Below, in pieces: positions 36,462 to 49,184 of a stretch of DNA of 64,000 bases. The notes below the pieces were generated by a model, which worked only from the letters and a program-made list of their open reading frames with translations, did not search any database and was not told the DNA's origin. The DNA comes from Mobula hypostoma (taxonomy: Eukaryota). Within the stretch, counting starts at the first letter, position 1. The number at the start of each line of letters is the position of its first letter. The stretch covers positions 40,240,001 through 40,304,000 of the forward strand of contig NC_086097.1 in assembly GCF_963921235.1 (NCBI RefSeq), written 5' to 3'. The translations under genes and the position numbers were made by a program.

Positions 36462-37645
36462 AAAAGGCCTTTGACAAGGTGCCACATAGGAGATTAGTGT
36501 GCAAACTTAAAGCACACGGTATTGGGGGTAAGGTATTGGTGTGGGTGGAGAATTGGTTAGCAGACAGGAAGCAAAGAGTGGGAATAAACGGGACCTTTTC
36601 AGAATGGCAGGCGGTGACTAGTGGGGTACCGCAAGGCTCAGTGCTGGGACCCCAGTTGTTTACAATATATATTAATGACCTGGAAGAGGGAATTAAATGC
36701 AGCATCTCCAAGTTTGCGGATGACACGAAGCTGGGTGGCAGTGTTAGCAGTGAGGAGGATGCTAAGAGGATGCAGGGTGACTTGGATAGGTTGGGTGAGT
36801 GGGCAAACTCATGGCAGATGCAATTTAATGTGGATAAATGTGAAGTTATCCACTTTGGTGGCAAAAATAGGAAAACAGATTATTATCTGAATGGTGGCCG
36901 ATTAGGAAAAGGGGAGGTGCAACGAGACCTGGGTGTCATTATACACCAGTCATTGAAAGTGGGCATGCAGGTACAGCAGGCGGTGAAAAAGGCGAACGGT
37001 ATGCTGGCATTTATAGCGAGAGGATTCGAGTACAGGAGCAGGGAGGTACTACTGCAGTTGTACAAGGCCTTGGTGAGACCACACCTGGAGTATTGTGTGC
37101 AGTTTTGGTCCCCTAATCTGAGGAAAGACATCTTTGCCATAGAGGGAGTACAAAGAAGGTTCACCAGATTGATTCCTGGGATGGCAGGTCTTTCATATGA
37201 AGAAAGACTGGATGAACTGGGCTTGTACTCGTTGGAATTTAGAAGATTGAGGGGGGATCTGATTGAAACGTATAAGATCCTAAAGGGATTGGACAGGCTA
37301 GATGCAGGAAGATTGTTCCCGATGTTGGGGAGGTCTAGAACGAGGGGTCACAGTTTGAGGATAGAGGGGAAGCCTTTTAGGACCGAGGTTAGGAAAAACT
37401 TCTTCACACAGAGAGTGGTGAATCTGTGGAATTCTCTGCCACAGCAAACTGTTGAGGCCAGTTCATTAGCTATGTTTAAAAGGAAGTTAGATATGGCCCT
37501 TGTGGCTACAGGGGTCAGGGGGTATGGAGGGAAGGCTGGGTTCTGAGTTGGATGATCAGCCATGATCATAATAAATGGCGGTGCAGGCTCGAAGGGCCGA
37601 ATGGCCTACTCCTGCACCTATTTTCTATGTTTCTATGTTTCTATG
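36462..37645 (+). mobile_element. Young 5'-truncated CR1 with uninterrupted 355-aa RT C-terminal ORF (36479-37546)
   Basis: SGVPQGSVLGP, KFADDTKL; no stops; (tttctatg)3 tail. Confidence 0.97.
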
Positions 37646-38960
37646 TAACAAGTTAAGCACCCATGGTATTACAGGAAAGCTACTAACATGGATAGAGCTT
37701 TGGCTAACTGGCAGGAGGCATAGAGCTCCATTAAAGGGAACCTTTTCTGGTTGATTGCCAATGACTCATGGTGTTCCACAGTGGTCTGTGTTGGAATTGC
37801 TTCTTTTTACATTATATATAAATGATTTAGATGACGGAGTTGATTGCTTTGTGGCTAACTTTGCCGGCAACATGAAGATATGTGTAGGGGCAGGTAGTGT
37901 TGAAGGAGAGAGGTTGCAGAAGGACTTAGACAGATTGAGGGAATAGGCCAAGTAGTGACAGATGGAATACAGTATCAGAAAGTGTATGGTCATGCACTTT
38001 TGTAGAATAAATGAAAAAGTAGGCAATTTTTAAATGGACAGAAAATTCAAAAATTTGAGGTGCAAAGGGACTTGGGAGTTCTTGTCCTAAAGGTAATTTT
38101 CATGTACGGGATCTTACTTTTGTTACATTTAAAATGGCGATTTTGTTATGTTAATCTGGGGAATGCGGCTTTGTTGTGCTTTAACGCTGAAGAGAGTTTG
38201 CGCTAACAGTTTGTTTTACTTTAAAATGAGATAACAGAGTTCTATTAGCCAATGGGTGGTTATGTATCGTTTTGTTTTTGGATGCCATGCTGTATGATAT
38301 GACTGTGGACTGAGTTTTGGCGGGGAGTCGGAGGAGAGACGAGGAAGACCACGGACGGGTGGAGAGGCTCCGGTCGATCACTCAGGGTGGTCCCGAGCCA
38401 TGAGTCGACGGAATTCGGGTGGTCGTCTGAAGTCGAATTGAGCTCCAACGGTAGCGCGCGAAGAACTTGGACTTTGATAAGTGTTGGCGCCTTTTTTTTC
38501 ATTACTTTCCTCTGTATCAAATGTATATTAATGTCATAGAATTAGTAATATCTATAAAGTGTATTTGTTAAAATTCACTGGGTGTGCTGGCTGATGATTG
38601 ATTCGGGCAGCAACCGACACTGTGGGGAGTGTTGAGGCGGGTGCTGGGCTGGATTTCCCCGAGACATACACGAGCCAATATAACGGAACGTTACATTCAG
38701 GTGAGCAAATCAAATGCAATGTTAGCATTCATTACGAGAGGACTAGAATATAAAAGCAAGGATGTGATGTTGAACCCAAGTCACTGGGTATATTTAAGGC
38801 AGAGGTTAATAGATTCTTGATTAGTCAGGGCATAAAGAGATACGGGAAGGCGGCAAGAGATTGGGGCTATAGGGAAATGCATCAGCCTTGATGAAATGGT
38901 GAGCAGACAAGATGGGCCATATTGCCTAATTCTGCTCCCATAGCTATGGTCTCATAGCCT
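37646..38960 (+). mobile_element. Older CR1 RT and 3' end (continuation), interrupted by an LTR
   Basis: HGVPQWSVLE...YINDLDDG; 3' end ctgctcccatagctatggtctcatag. Confidence 0.88.
38103..38695. mobile_element. Solo LTR (593 bp) with 4-bp TSD TTCA
   Basis: TGTA...TACA termini; ttca at 38099-38102 and 38696-38699; CpG-rich. Confidence 0.9.
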
Positions 38961-39199
38961 TATGTTGTTAGACTTACTTTTAAAGCTTACTGAAAGCAAA
39001 CATTCTTGCAAAACAACATGGCAATCAATAAGTGTCACTGAATGCATTCCTTTGTTTGAGGGTATCATTATATACATTTCTCAAAATTATATTATCTCAG
39101 GGTTATTTTATTGTTTACAGGATGTAGTTTACACACCAAACAAATTTACATCAGAGTGGCTCTGAAGACAATGTCAATGATCACCCTTCAGGAAATTGC

Positions 39200-39660
39200 A
39201 TTGGACAGCGTATAGGGGGTCTTAAGCAAGGAAAAACATATGGGACCCAAGCTGAGGACTTGTGTCGTATGTAAAATTAGAAGTGTTGAAAATAATGAAT
39301 GGCACTTCAATTTTCAGCAAAGGACAAAGTGTCCCTAAGAATTATTGGACAGCAGGCTCAACATCAATAATAGTAAAGATGCAAGAGTGTGTTACAATGG
39401 AACCATTTCAGATCATCTGACAACATTGAAGGTAATAAACAAAGTCTAAACTGGCTTCCTGAAGGGAAAGTCATGCTAACAAATTAATTGCAAATCCAGA
39501 GAAAGTATTTGAATTGTTGGAAAAAGAAAATGCAAAACAACTCTTGACTTTGCAGAAGTATTTGACAAGGTCCCTTAAGTGGGATAGAGATAACATGATG
39601 AATCTTTGGATCAGAGGGGAACTCCCAAGAATAGAAAAGGATTTTAACAGAAAGGGGACA
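39200..39660 (+). mobile_element. Very old CR1 remnant
   Basis: ggcttcctgaagggaaagtcatgctaacaaattaatt (GFLKGKSC-TNL). Confidence 0.55.
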
Positions 39661-40449
39661 TGTGATGCACTATTCATGCAATGCATATATAAATATAGTT
39701 ATTTAAGTTTGGGTGCAATAACTGCTGGTTTTCATTCAAGCCAGTATTAAATTTAATATATAGCATTTCCAATGACATAAAACATATTTGTCACTGTATA
39801 TATTATACTGCATGTTAGGTATAACCAGTCAAAGTGAAAATCAGGAATTGGGCAACCTCTGGAGTGGGAAACAAAACTAACATTTTGTTCAATGACCTTT
39901 AGTCAGAGCAGATAACAGTGATTAGAGGAGTTTAAGTAATTATGGAGAAAAGGATGACGATGGGTAGAAAAGGCCAGAATACAGAAGATGATTGACCAAA
40001 GGATAGGAGTGATTTGATCAGAAACAGAATGGAGAGGATGGAGGAGAATTGTCATTGTGCCAAATGAAGGAACAAAGGTGGGAATTAGAAGGACAGCGTA
40101 TTTTACAGTCAAGGGAAAGAGTAGGGCTGACAGATCCAATATTGTAACAGACATGGCTTGGATGATTCTAAATGGGGATACAATTTCGAACTGCACAAAT
40201 AAATTTTAAGAATAGATTAAATATCTGATACGTTACTTATGGTTTTGAAGTAGATTGATTTACCTGATATACTAGAGGGTGAGTGGGTGCTTAAAGTGGG
40301 GCAACATAAAAAAAAACACAATGGCAGCTTAGCTTTGAAACAGACACACCAATGTGTCTCTCAAATTTCCAAATTCACAGGACTTACTCAGTGTGTGCAG
40401 TTCAGCTAAGTATCAGTCGAAGCTATACTGGTTACAGGAAAACCAAGAG

Positions 40450-43400
40450 TCAGAGCCATAGAGAAGTGCAGCACAGAAACAGGTCTTTTGGCCCATCTAG
40501 TCCTTGCCAAAAGTATTTAACCTGCCTACTCCCATTGACCTGCATCAGGACCTTTGCTCTCCATAACCCTGCTAGCCATGTACTTATCCAAACTTCACTT
40601 AAACGTTGAACTCGAGCTTGCATGGACCACTTGTGCTGGCAGTTCATTCCACACTCTCATAACCCTCTGAACGAAGAAGCTTCTCCTCATGTTCCCCTTA
40701 AACTTAAACCCATGATCTCTGATTGTAGTCCCACCCAACCTCTGGGGAAAAAGCCTACTTGCATTTACCCCATCTATATCCCTTATAATTTTCTATACCT
40801 CTACCAACTCTTCTCTCAATTTTCTATGTTCTAAGGAATAAAGTCCTAAACTATTTATTTTTCCTTATAATTCAGGTCCCTGTACTCCTTCAAACTTGTT
40901 TATATCTTTCATGTATGTAGGTGACCAAAATTGTACACAATATTCCAAATTAGGCCTACCAGGGTCTTATACAACTTCAATACAACATCCCATCTTCTGT
41001 ACTCAATGCATTGATTTATGAGGCCAGTGTGCCAAAAGCTTTCTTTATGACCCTGTCTACCTGTGTTTCTGTGTTCAATTATGGACCTGTATTCTCAAAT
41101 CCTTTTGTTCTACAACACTCCTCAGTGCCCTACCGTTCACTGTATAAAACGACACTGGTTGGTCCTACTGAAGTGCAACACCTTGAACTTGTCTGCATTA
41201 AATTCCATCTGTCATCCTTCAGCCCATTTTTCCAGCTGATGCAGGTAACTCTGTGCAAGACATGATAACCTTTCTTGCTGTCCACCATATCCCCAACCTT
41301 GGTGTCATCCACAAGTTTGCTGGTCCAATTATCCACATTAACATCCATATCACAGCTATAGATGACAAACAACAACGAACCCAGCATTGATCCCAGCGAT
41401 ACACCACTAGTCACAGGCCTCCAGTCAGAGAGGCAGACATCTACCTCTACTCTCGGGCTTCTCCCAGAAAGGTAATGTCCAATCCAATTTTCTAACTCAT
41501 CTTGAATGCCGAGCAACTGAAACTTTATGACCAGCCTCCCATGCGGGATCTTGTCTTTTCGTGTGTTTACTTTAAAAACTAATGACATTATGGTCGCTGG
41601 ATGCAAAATGTTCCCCAACACAAACTTCTTTCGTCTGCTCTTTCTCATTCCCTAATAGCAGATTATCCATTGCACACACTCTCAATAGGACTTCTACGTA
41701 CTGACTAAGGAAACTTCCCGGAACACATTTGACAAGATCTCATCTAGTCCTTTTACAGTATGGGAGTCCCAGTCAATTTGTGGAAAATTAAAACTACCTA
41801 GGATAACAACCTTATATTTCTGTCACAGTGGGGCACTGGTAACAGACCCAAATGCAAGACACAGACACTAAAATACAAGGAACAGGACTTGACTAGAGTA
41901 GGGACGTGACAGGATACAGACAAGGATCAGGGACAAGAACACAAATTTGGGCTAGGGAAAGCAGGACCAGGACTAAAAACTATGGACTAGGAGGCAAGGT
42001 TTCAACTCCAAGCCTGAGACTGGACAAGTACCCAGAACCTGGGTCTTGTCTCAGGCCCGGACGTCAAAACCAGGCAAGGACATGGCATGGCTGCAGGCTG
42101 GGGTCTTGGGTCTCAAGCTTGGCTGCGGGATCGTCGAGGCTAGGGTTCTTGGAGCTTGGCTGCAGGATCGTCGAGGCTAGGGTTCTTGGAGCTCAGAGAC
42201 AAACTGGGAACCGAACATCAACATAGAGCCAGGACTTATCCTTCAATAAGCCAGGATTCATCTTTAACACAACACTAACGTGAGACAGGACAGAACATAG
42301 ACATAGAGCCAGGACTTATCCTAAGACAAGCCAGGACTCAACTTCATCTCCACACCAAGGTGGGACAGATCCCTCCATCAGGTAACAGCAGAACAGCCAG
42401 ACTTGCCCCACAGAGGCAAGGACAAGACAAGACAGCAGAACAGCCTGTCTTACTCCAGAGAGGCAAGGACAAGACAGATCCCCCCACAGGGCAACAGCAA
42501 AACAGCCCAGCTTACCCCACAGAGGCAAAGACAAGAAGAGACAAACACCAAAGAACAACAGACAGTGCCATCTCTGCTCCAGGGAAGCTCCAAGTCTCAG
42601 TTTGGCCAGCAACCTCAGCTGGCTACAGAAACAGCCAGATCCCTACCTAGCTCAGAGTGGCTGGCAGCCACTCAGCTGGCCCAGGAAACAGCCAAATCCA
42701 TACCACAAAGACAGCTCCAACTACCAACAGCAAGGCTCAATAAAGCAATGGTTCTCCAACACAGCCTAAAGATGACAAGTGGCCGCTCTAGCCTTCCACC
42801 AGCAAGTCACTCCCAGGGGAACTGACAAGACAAACCAGCAGCCCACAATCAACTCCAAGGCTACTTACTTATATTCCAAGCCTCAAGATGGGAATCAGGT
42901 GCCTATGATTAACTCACCCAAACGAGGGACAGCTGGAAGACCCGGAGTCCTGAGTCCACGGACCGGACCGTGAACCGGAATGTGGACTTCACGGACCAGA
43001 CCGGACCATGACAGTTTCTTGCAACAGTCTGCGTTCTCTCTAAAAATTTGTTCATCTCACTCCCTGTAATATAGATCCATTAATTTGCTAATGTGCCATA
43101 TCTTTCTAATTTCTCAATTCCACTCATAACACCAGTCTCCAGTCTGACCTGACTGAGCACTGCCATGACATTTTCCCTGACTAGTAATGCCACCCCTCCT
43201 CCTTTAATCCCTCCCACTCTGTCATTTCTGAAACAAAGGAAGCCCCAAATATTGAGCTGCTAGTCCTGTTCCTCCTTCAACCAAGTCTCACTAATGGCTA
43301 CAACCTCCTAATTCCAGATGTTGATCCATGCCCAGAGCTCATCCACCTTTTTTATGATACTTCTTGCATTGAAATACAGGCAGCTCATGACACTAGCTGC

Positions 43401-43640
43401 ACCATGCTCGACCTTTTGATTCCTGACTTTTTCTGAGATCTTACCAACATCTGCCTCTACAATCTTTCCACTAACTGTTCTGGCATTCTGGTTCCCATCC
43501 CCCCGCAACTCTAGTTTTAACCCCACCGTGGGCATTAACAAACCTTCTTGCTAGGATATTAGTCCTGTTCCAGTTCACATCTCCTCTGTACAGGTCCCAC
43601 CTTTCCTGTGAGAGAGCCCAATGATCCAAAACTCTTATGC
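40450..43640 (-). mobile_element. Degraded, internally deleted CR1 (hosts the LTR at 41821)
   Basis: 3' tail at about 40450; WRPVTSGVSLGSMLG, KLVDDTK; CLYFNARSIIKKVDEL. Confidence 0.88.
41821..43013. mobile_element. Solo LTR (1193 bp, Gypsy-type) with internal tandem duplications
   Basis: TGTCA...TGACA; 5-bp flanks atttc and gtttc; repeated ggatcgtcgaggctagggttcttggagc, agccaggact and gcaaggacaagac units. Confidence 0.85.
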
Positions 43641-44374
43641 CTCCCTCCTACACCAACAATAGACGCTTTCAATTTTTCATCTGCCCCCTCACTCTGCTAG
43701 CAGCTAGATATATATTGAATCACTGTTTGAAGCATTTCCAGTTATCGGTTAGATTGCCACTAAACTGCATAGGTGCAGAAGGACTTAGCTAATCCATGTC
43801 GGGAGCTCTTGGCCTCCCACCTGCATTTCTTGGTGAATCCGGTGAACTTTGGGAACAAAGTGCTCACTCATCTCGCTGGCCCGCTTCTCTCCAACACATG
43901 CTGCTTCTACCTTTCGTACATACACAGTCACTTTCTTATTCGTGCACGGTATTTATTCACTGTCCATGTTTGCACCTCACACCGTCTTCTGACACCACGT
44001 TATGTTTGTTCTTAATAAAGACAAGCTTGGCGTGGGTTTACATTAGAACATTTTATTGCTGGGAACTGAAGTTCTTTATGATGCTTATATAATAACGCAG
44101 TCCTTCCTGCACATGCTGGAGCTGTGGAGTTTCTCTATACCTGGAGGATTTGTTTTTTTGGGATTCTTTTACTTCCAGTCAAGTTGGCACCTGCGTACAA
44201 TGCTCCTTTGGGTGACATCTCCTGGATGGATTCATTTCTTTTATGTCTTTTACATTTGTTTCTCATCTTGAATGTGATTCTGGAATGGTTGGCGTCAGTG
44301 TTCTGCTGTTTGAAGATCGTTTGAGTGCTTCAGTGCTCTGCAGTCTCCACTAGGATTCTGGGAGGCAGAGGTAG

Positions 44375-45210
44375 CGTGAGTGAACAATATAATGTTGGAA
44401 AATGCACGGTCATGCATTTTGGTAGTAGAAATAAATGTGCAGACTATTTTCTAAATGGAGGAAATCCAAAAATCTGAGATGCAAAGGGACTTGGGAGCCC
44501 TTGTGCAGAACACCTTAAAGGTTAACTTGCAGGTTGAGTTGGTGGTGAGGAAGGCAAATGCAATGTTAGCATTCATTTCAAGAGGTCGAGAATACAAGAG
44601 CAGGGATGTGATGCTGAGTCTTATAAGGCACAGGTGAGGCCTCACCTTGAGTATTGTGTACAGTTTTGGGCTTCTCATCTTAGAGGAGATGTGCTGGCGC
44701 TGGAGAGGGTCCAGAAGAGGATCACAGGGATGATTCCAGGAATGAAAGGGTTATTATACGAGGAACGTTTGATGGCTCTGGGTCCGTACTCGCTGGAATT
44801 TAGGAGGATGAAGGGTGATCTCATTGAAACCTTTCGAACTTTGAAAGGCCTAGACAGAGTAGATGTGGAAAGGATGTTTCCCATGGTGGGAGAGTCTAGG
44901 AGAAGAGGCACAGCCTCAGGATGGAGGGGCGTCCATTCAAGACAGAGATGCTGAGAAATTTCTTTAGCTAGAGGGTGGTGACTTTGTGGAATTTGTTGCC
45001 ACATACAGCTGTGGAGGCCAGGTCATTGGGTGTATTTAAGGTAGAGTTTGATAGGCTCTTGATTGGACGTGGCATCAAAGCTTATGAGGAGAAGGCCGGG
45101 AAATGGGGTTGAGGAGGAGAAAAAAAAGGATCAGCCATGATTGAATGGCGGAGCAGACTCGATGGGCCAATTGGCCTAATTCTGCTCCCATATCTTATGG
45201 TGTTATGGAA
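44375..45210 (+). mobile_element. CR1 3' fragment
   Basis: RPHLEYCVQFW; tail tcttatggtgttatgg. Confidence 0.93.
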
Positions 45211-45920
45211 CCTCGTGGTAAGAGGGCTGCAGGCTGGTGCACAAGCAGATATTTGACCCCATTTTGCCTGTTATAGCTTCCATTGTTCACTAATTAATGC
45301 AACAAAGGGGATTCAAACATCAATGCGAGTGCTGAAGTTTGGAGATGGTTCAGATGTTCTGACACTCTACAGTCTCTGAGAGGATTCTGGGAAGCAGAGG
45401 TAGTGTGCACAAACCTCGTACTGGTCAGGCTGCAGGATGGGGCACAAGCTAATGCTTGGCACCATTTTGCCAATTAAGGCGATAAAAACATTGTACCGGA
45501 GAGGGGAGAGCCTGCCACTGCACCTAGAGAGCGTTGCACAGGTTTATTCTGTGTTTTGGATGCGGACTTGGACTATAAAATTTTTTTTGTTCAATATTAT
45601 AGTTTTTATATTCTATGTATTTTCACCCAATCTTCTCATTGTTTTTTCTGCTAGGAGGGGAATTTGCGGGTTGATGTGTCCGTATTTTTGTGCAGGAGGA
45701 GGGATTTAGGGGTCGATGTGTCATTTTGTTTGTTTTTTGTGCAGGAGGAGGGACTTGGGGGTTAACGTGCCTGTTCCATTTTAGTTTGTTTTTATTTTGT
45801 GGGGAGGTGGGCTTTAGGGGTTGATGATCGTGCTGCCTTTCTTGGTTTCATGGCTACCCAGAGAACTGAAGAATTTCAGCGTGGTGTACTTTGATAATGA
45901 AGTAAACCTTTGAACCTTTT
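45210..45920 (+). mobile_element. Non-autonomous element with Rex1-type tail and internal repeats
   Basis: Ends tactttgataatgaagtaaacctttgaacc; repeated tttttgtgcaggaggaggga units; 45381-45407 duplicates 44353-44379. Confidence 0.55.
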
Positions 45921-46087
45921 AGGTGTTAGAAAGAAGAAGAGCATGTTTAGCTCGGCTTCTTTCAAAAAGACTCCAAACATAGCTTCAGAGAACCTGAGAC
46001 TTTGTTTCCGCAGCACAGCTGAAGGGTCCTTTCCCTGTGCAGCTGCATTAATTCCGAAAGCAGAGGTGGAGCATTACACCTTTAAGT

Positions 46088-46310
46088 AGAAACATAGAGT
46101 ACTGCAGCACAGTAACGGCCTTTCAGTCCATCTGGCCTATGCTAACCTAACCTCTGCCAATCACCCACAGATCCCATCCACCAGCACACGGATCATATCC
46201 CTCCAAATCTCGGCCGTCCATGTACCTGTCCAACCTCCTGTTGAATGTTACAATTGAACCTGCATGTGACCATGACACTGGCACCACCCTGAGTGAAGAA
46301 GGCCTGTGGT
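46088..46310 (-). mobile_element. CR1 3' end remnant
   Basis: GSIVTFNRRLDRYMDGRDLEGY. Confidence 0.8.
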
Positions 46311-46379
46311 TGACCTGTGTGTGGTCCAGAAATAGCCATTTTTCCCAGGAAGTTCGTGGAATCGAAGGAGGAAAAAAAA

Positions 46380-46610
46380 GGCAGCCAAAAGCATTCTGAT
46401 GTGCAGATTGAGCAGCATCTGTGTGAGGAAAGGATCTGTCGAGAGAGTCATCCAGACCAGAGAGTGGAGAGGAAAGATGGCCTGTACAAAGAGGAGAAGG
46501 GGAAAAATGAGAAAAAGAGCCAGGATGATTGGTACACTGAGGAGAGGTGTCAGATAAAAGGCAAAATATGTCTTTTGCTCCAGGTTCCAGCATCTGTAGT
46601 TTCTTATGTT
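46380..46610. mobile_element. Degraded Penelope terminal remnant
   Basis: gagcagcatctgtgtgag...gctccaggttccagcatctgtag. Confidence 0.5.
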
Positions 46611-48004
46611 TTCGAGGTAGAGGAAGAAAACTTATTTTTAAAAGTAGCAAACGATCTTGGAATCCATCCACCTAGAGAAAATATGTAGACTGTATTTATG
46701 ATAGACATGACTTCATAGAATGATGTCAGTTATAGCAAAGCAAGTAGAAATTTATCCCTTCATGTCCATGCTGGTAGTTAAATCAAAATTATTTTTGACA
46801 CAAGATAAAAATTTAAATGCCAAATGATTAAACTGTCCCTCTCGGGGATAATGAGTAATATTTTCCAAATTGTGATATGGCAAAGTATAGCCAAAGTATA
46901 TTGAAGAAAATAAATCTCACTTTTTATTATAAAATATCCACTGAAATTGTTAGCCTGAAGCTTCTTTCCATTAAAGCTGTTATTCACATGATTATTTCCT
47001 GGAAACACAAAAGCTAAACAAGAAAAATAAAACTCACAACAAATAAAAACAAATTTACTAAGTTATCATTATCAATGAAGTGATAGTGATATGAAAATAA
47101 GGACAGAAACAAAATAAAATTAGAAGTAAGCAAGTTATTTGATTATGAACTGAAAGAAAGAAACAAAAGGCAAGTAAGCAGAAAGGGTAACGATAATCAT
47201 TGAGTTCAGAAATTATCCCAGAACAGGCTATGCCCTCAGCTGGAAATTATGATATAAGAGTTGTATATAAGATGACTAAGGAGAAAATGGTGAATATTAT
47301 TATGAATGTTATTGAGGATTGTGGCAGGTTATAATATCAGGGAGGTGTCTCAGAGACATAAATGTACTTCAAAGATCAGAAACAGGCAGGCAAGTATGAA
47401 TTTGGCAAAAAAGCAAGAATTTAGAAATGTATTGAAGAAGATAACTTATTGAAAGCATCTTCATGGACGACATGCAAAACATCCCCTGCAATCTAGCAAA
47501 AAACAGTAATGTAATCTCATAATCATCAGCATTAGAATGGCCTTTAAGCAATGTACCGCATGTGTTTAAAACCTTGCTCAAGAACATAGACGCTGTGTTA
47601 ACATACAACACAAACATAAAATGTGGCTTACTGAAGGTCTCTGAAGGAACTTTCTCTGGAAAGTATACCCTTAGTATTACTTTTAAATGTATGAGCTAAC
47701 TGTGAACTTTTGCTCCCACCGCTAGATCGATTATTTCATCAGAGGTAATCCCCCTAAAATCAACAGTGATATATGATTCAGTCTGTATGTATACTGCAAA
47801 GCTTTGCTGCAGTATTGGTTGTCACCAACAGAGGAAATCTGGTATGACAGATAGATTATGGCTGATGTAGTGTACAGGACCAGAGAAAATGTTAGAGCAG
47901 GACCGCTCTCCGTGATTCAGAAGCAGTTGTTACATCTGGGTGACATGGATATTGGCAACCTAATGAAATCAACACAGGTAGATTTGTCACCTACCTGTCA
48001 GCTT

Positions 48005-49177
48005 GAAAAATTCTGGCCATTCTCCTCTGACCTCTGTCATTAACAAGGTGTTTTCACCCACAGAACTGCCACTCACTGCATGTCTTTTTTACGCCACTCT
48101 CTGTAAACTCTAGAGCAGGATTTCTTAACCAGGGCTCCATGAGGGGCTGTGTTTAAAAAAACTGAGCATCATTTTTTGAACTTAGTGCAACACTATTGAA
48201 AAACATCAGCTTCTCTATCCAGGTTGATGAGTCAACAGATTTCACCAATAAATATATATATATAGCATTTGTAAGATTTGTAAATGATGGTGAAATTCAA
48301 GAAAGCTTTTTCTGTTGCAAAGAGCTGCCTGAAACAAGCAAAGGCCAAGATATATTTAATGTTTTGTCTTCACATCTGGAAACAAAAGGTCTGTAGTGGA
48401 GGAACTGTGTTGACATCTGTACTGATGGTGCCCCATCAATGGTTGGCACCAGGAGAGGTTTTGTTTCTCTTGTGAAAAAAAAGAAAATCCTGACGTTGTC
48501 ATAACACTTCAACATTGTAAACAAATCTTCATGCTGTAAATAGCATTAATTAAAATCAATTTACAACCTTTATTTAAATTAAATCTATCGAGCCTACTTT
48601 AAAAAAATTAAATCCCATTTTGGCTTAAGCCAGTTCTTTAACAGAAATTTATTATGTTTGCCTTATGATTTTTTAAAATTTATGAAAGGGAAATAAAGAG
48701 ATTAATTTCTAGAAAGGTAAGCTAAGCTTAACTACCTTTTTTTTTCCAAGAAAGGTTGGCTAAAAAATTCATTCTGTACTGAAAAGAGCATTGATAATTA
48801 TTTTTGGTTTATTAAATCTACAACTTCTGATCACGCTAACGTGCCATGGGCTGTAGATATAATAATTTTTATGCAGGGATTCCCAGAGAGTGGAAATTAT
48901 TTCAAGGTTTCCTTCATGGCAAAAAGGTTAAAAAAGGCTGCTCTAGAGACAGTTGTGTGTAAAAATCCCAGGAGATCAGGAGATACTCAAACCACAGCAT
49001 CTGGCACCAACAATCAAAGTCACTTAGATCACTCTTCTTCTTTCCCATCCTAATGTTTGGTCTGAATGACAACTGTACTTCTTCACCATGTCTGCATCGA
49101 GTTGCTGATGCATGATTGGCTGTTTAGAGACTTGCATTTACTAGAAGGTGTACAGGCATACCTAATAAAGTGGCAGA
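48005..49177. mobile_element. Tc1/mariner-like non-autonomous element (host of the hAT)
   Basis: cacccacagaactgccactcactg; right end tacctaataaagtggc resembles Tc1-like TIRs. Confidence 0.65.
48116..48940 (+). mobile_element. hAT Charlie/Buster DNA transposon, internally deleted
   Basis: TSD CTCTAGAG at 48108-48115 and 48941-48948; TIRs CAGGATTTCTTAACC and GGTTAAAAAAGGCTG; transposase FSIQVDESTD...CVDICTDGAPSMVG. Confidence 0.95.
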
Positions 49178-49184
49178 ATGCTTT

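Noticed and set aside
36479..37546. Longest ORF as a host gene or domesticated RT
   Set aside because: Ordinary 5'-truncated CR1 ORF2 with a CR1 tail; intactness reflects recent insertion.
41906..42973. Several 64-140 aa ORFs
   Set aside because: Products of the T-poor repetitive LTR sequence.
47632..47753. Minus-strand AG...GTAAG-bounded segment with ITSDEIIDLAVGAK, reminiscent of an integrin FG-GAP repeat
   Set aside because: All three frames contain stops and no other integrin-like exons were found; probably chance or non-coding.
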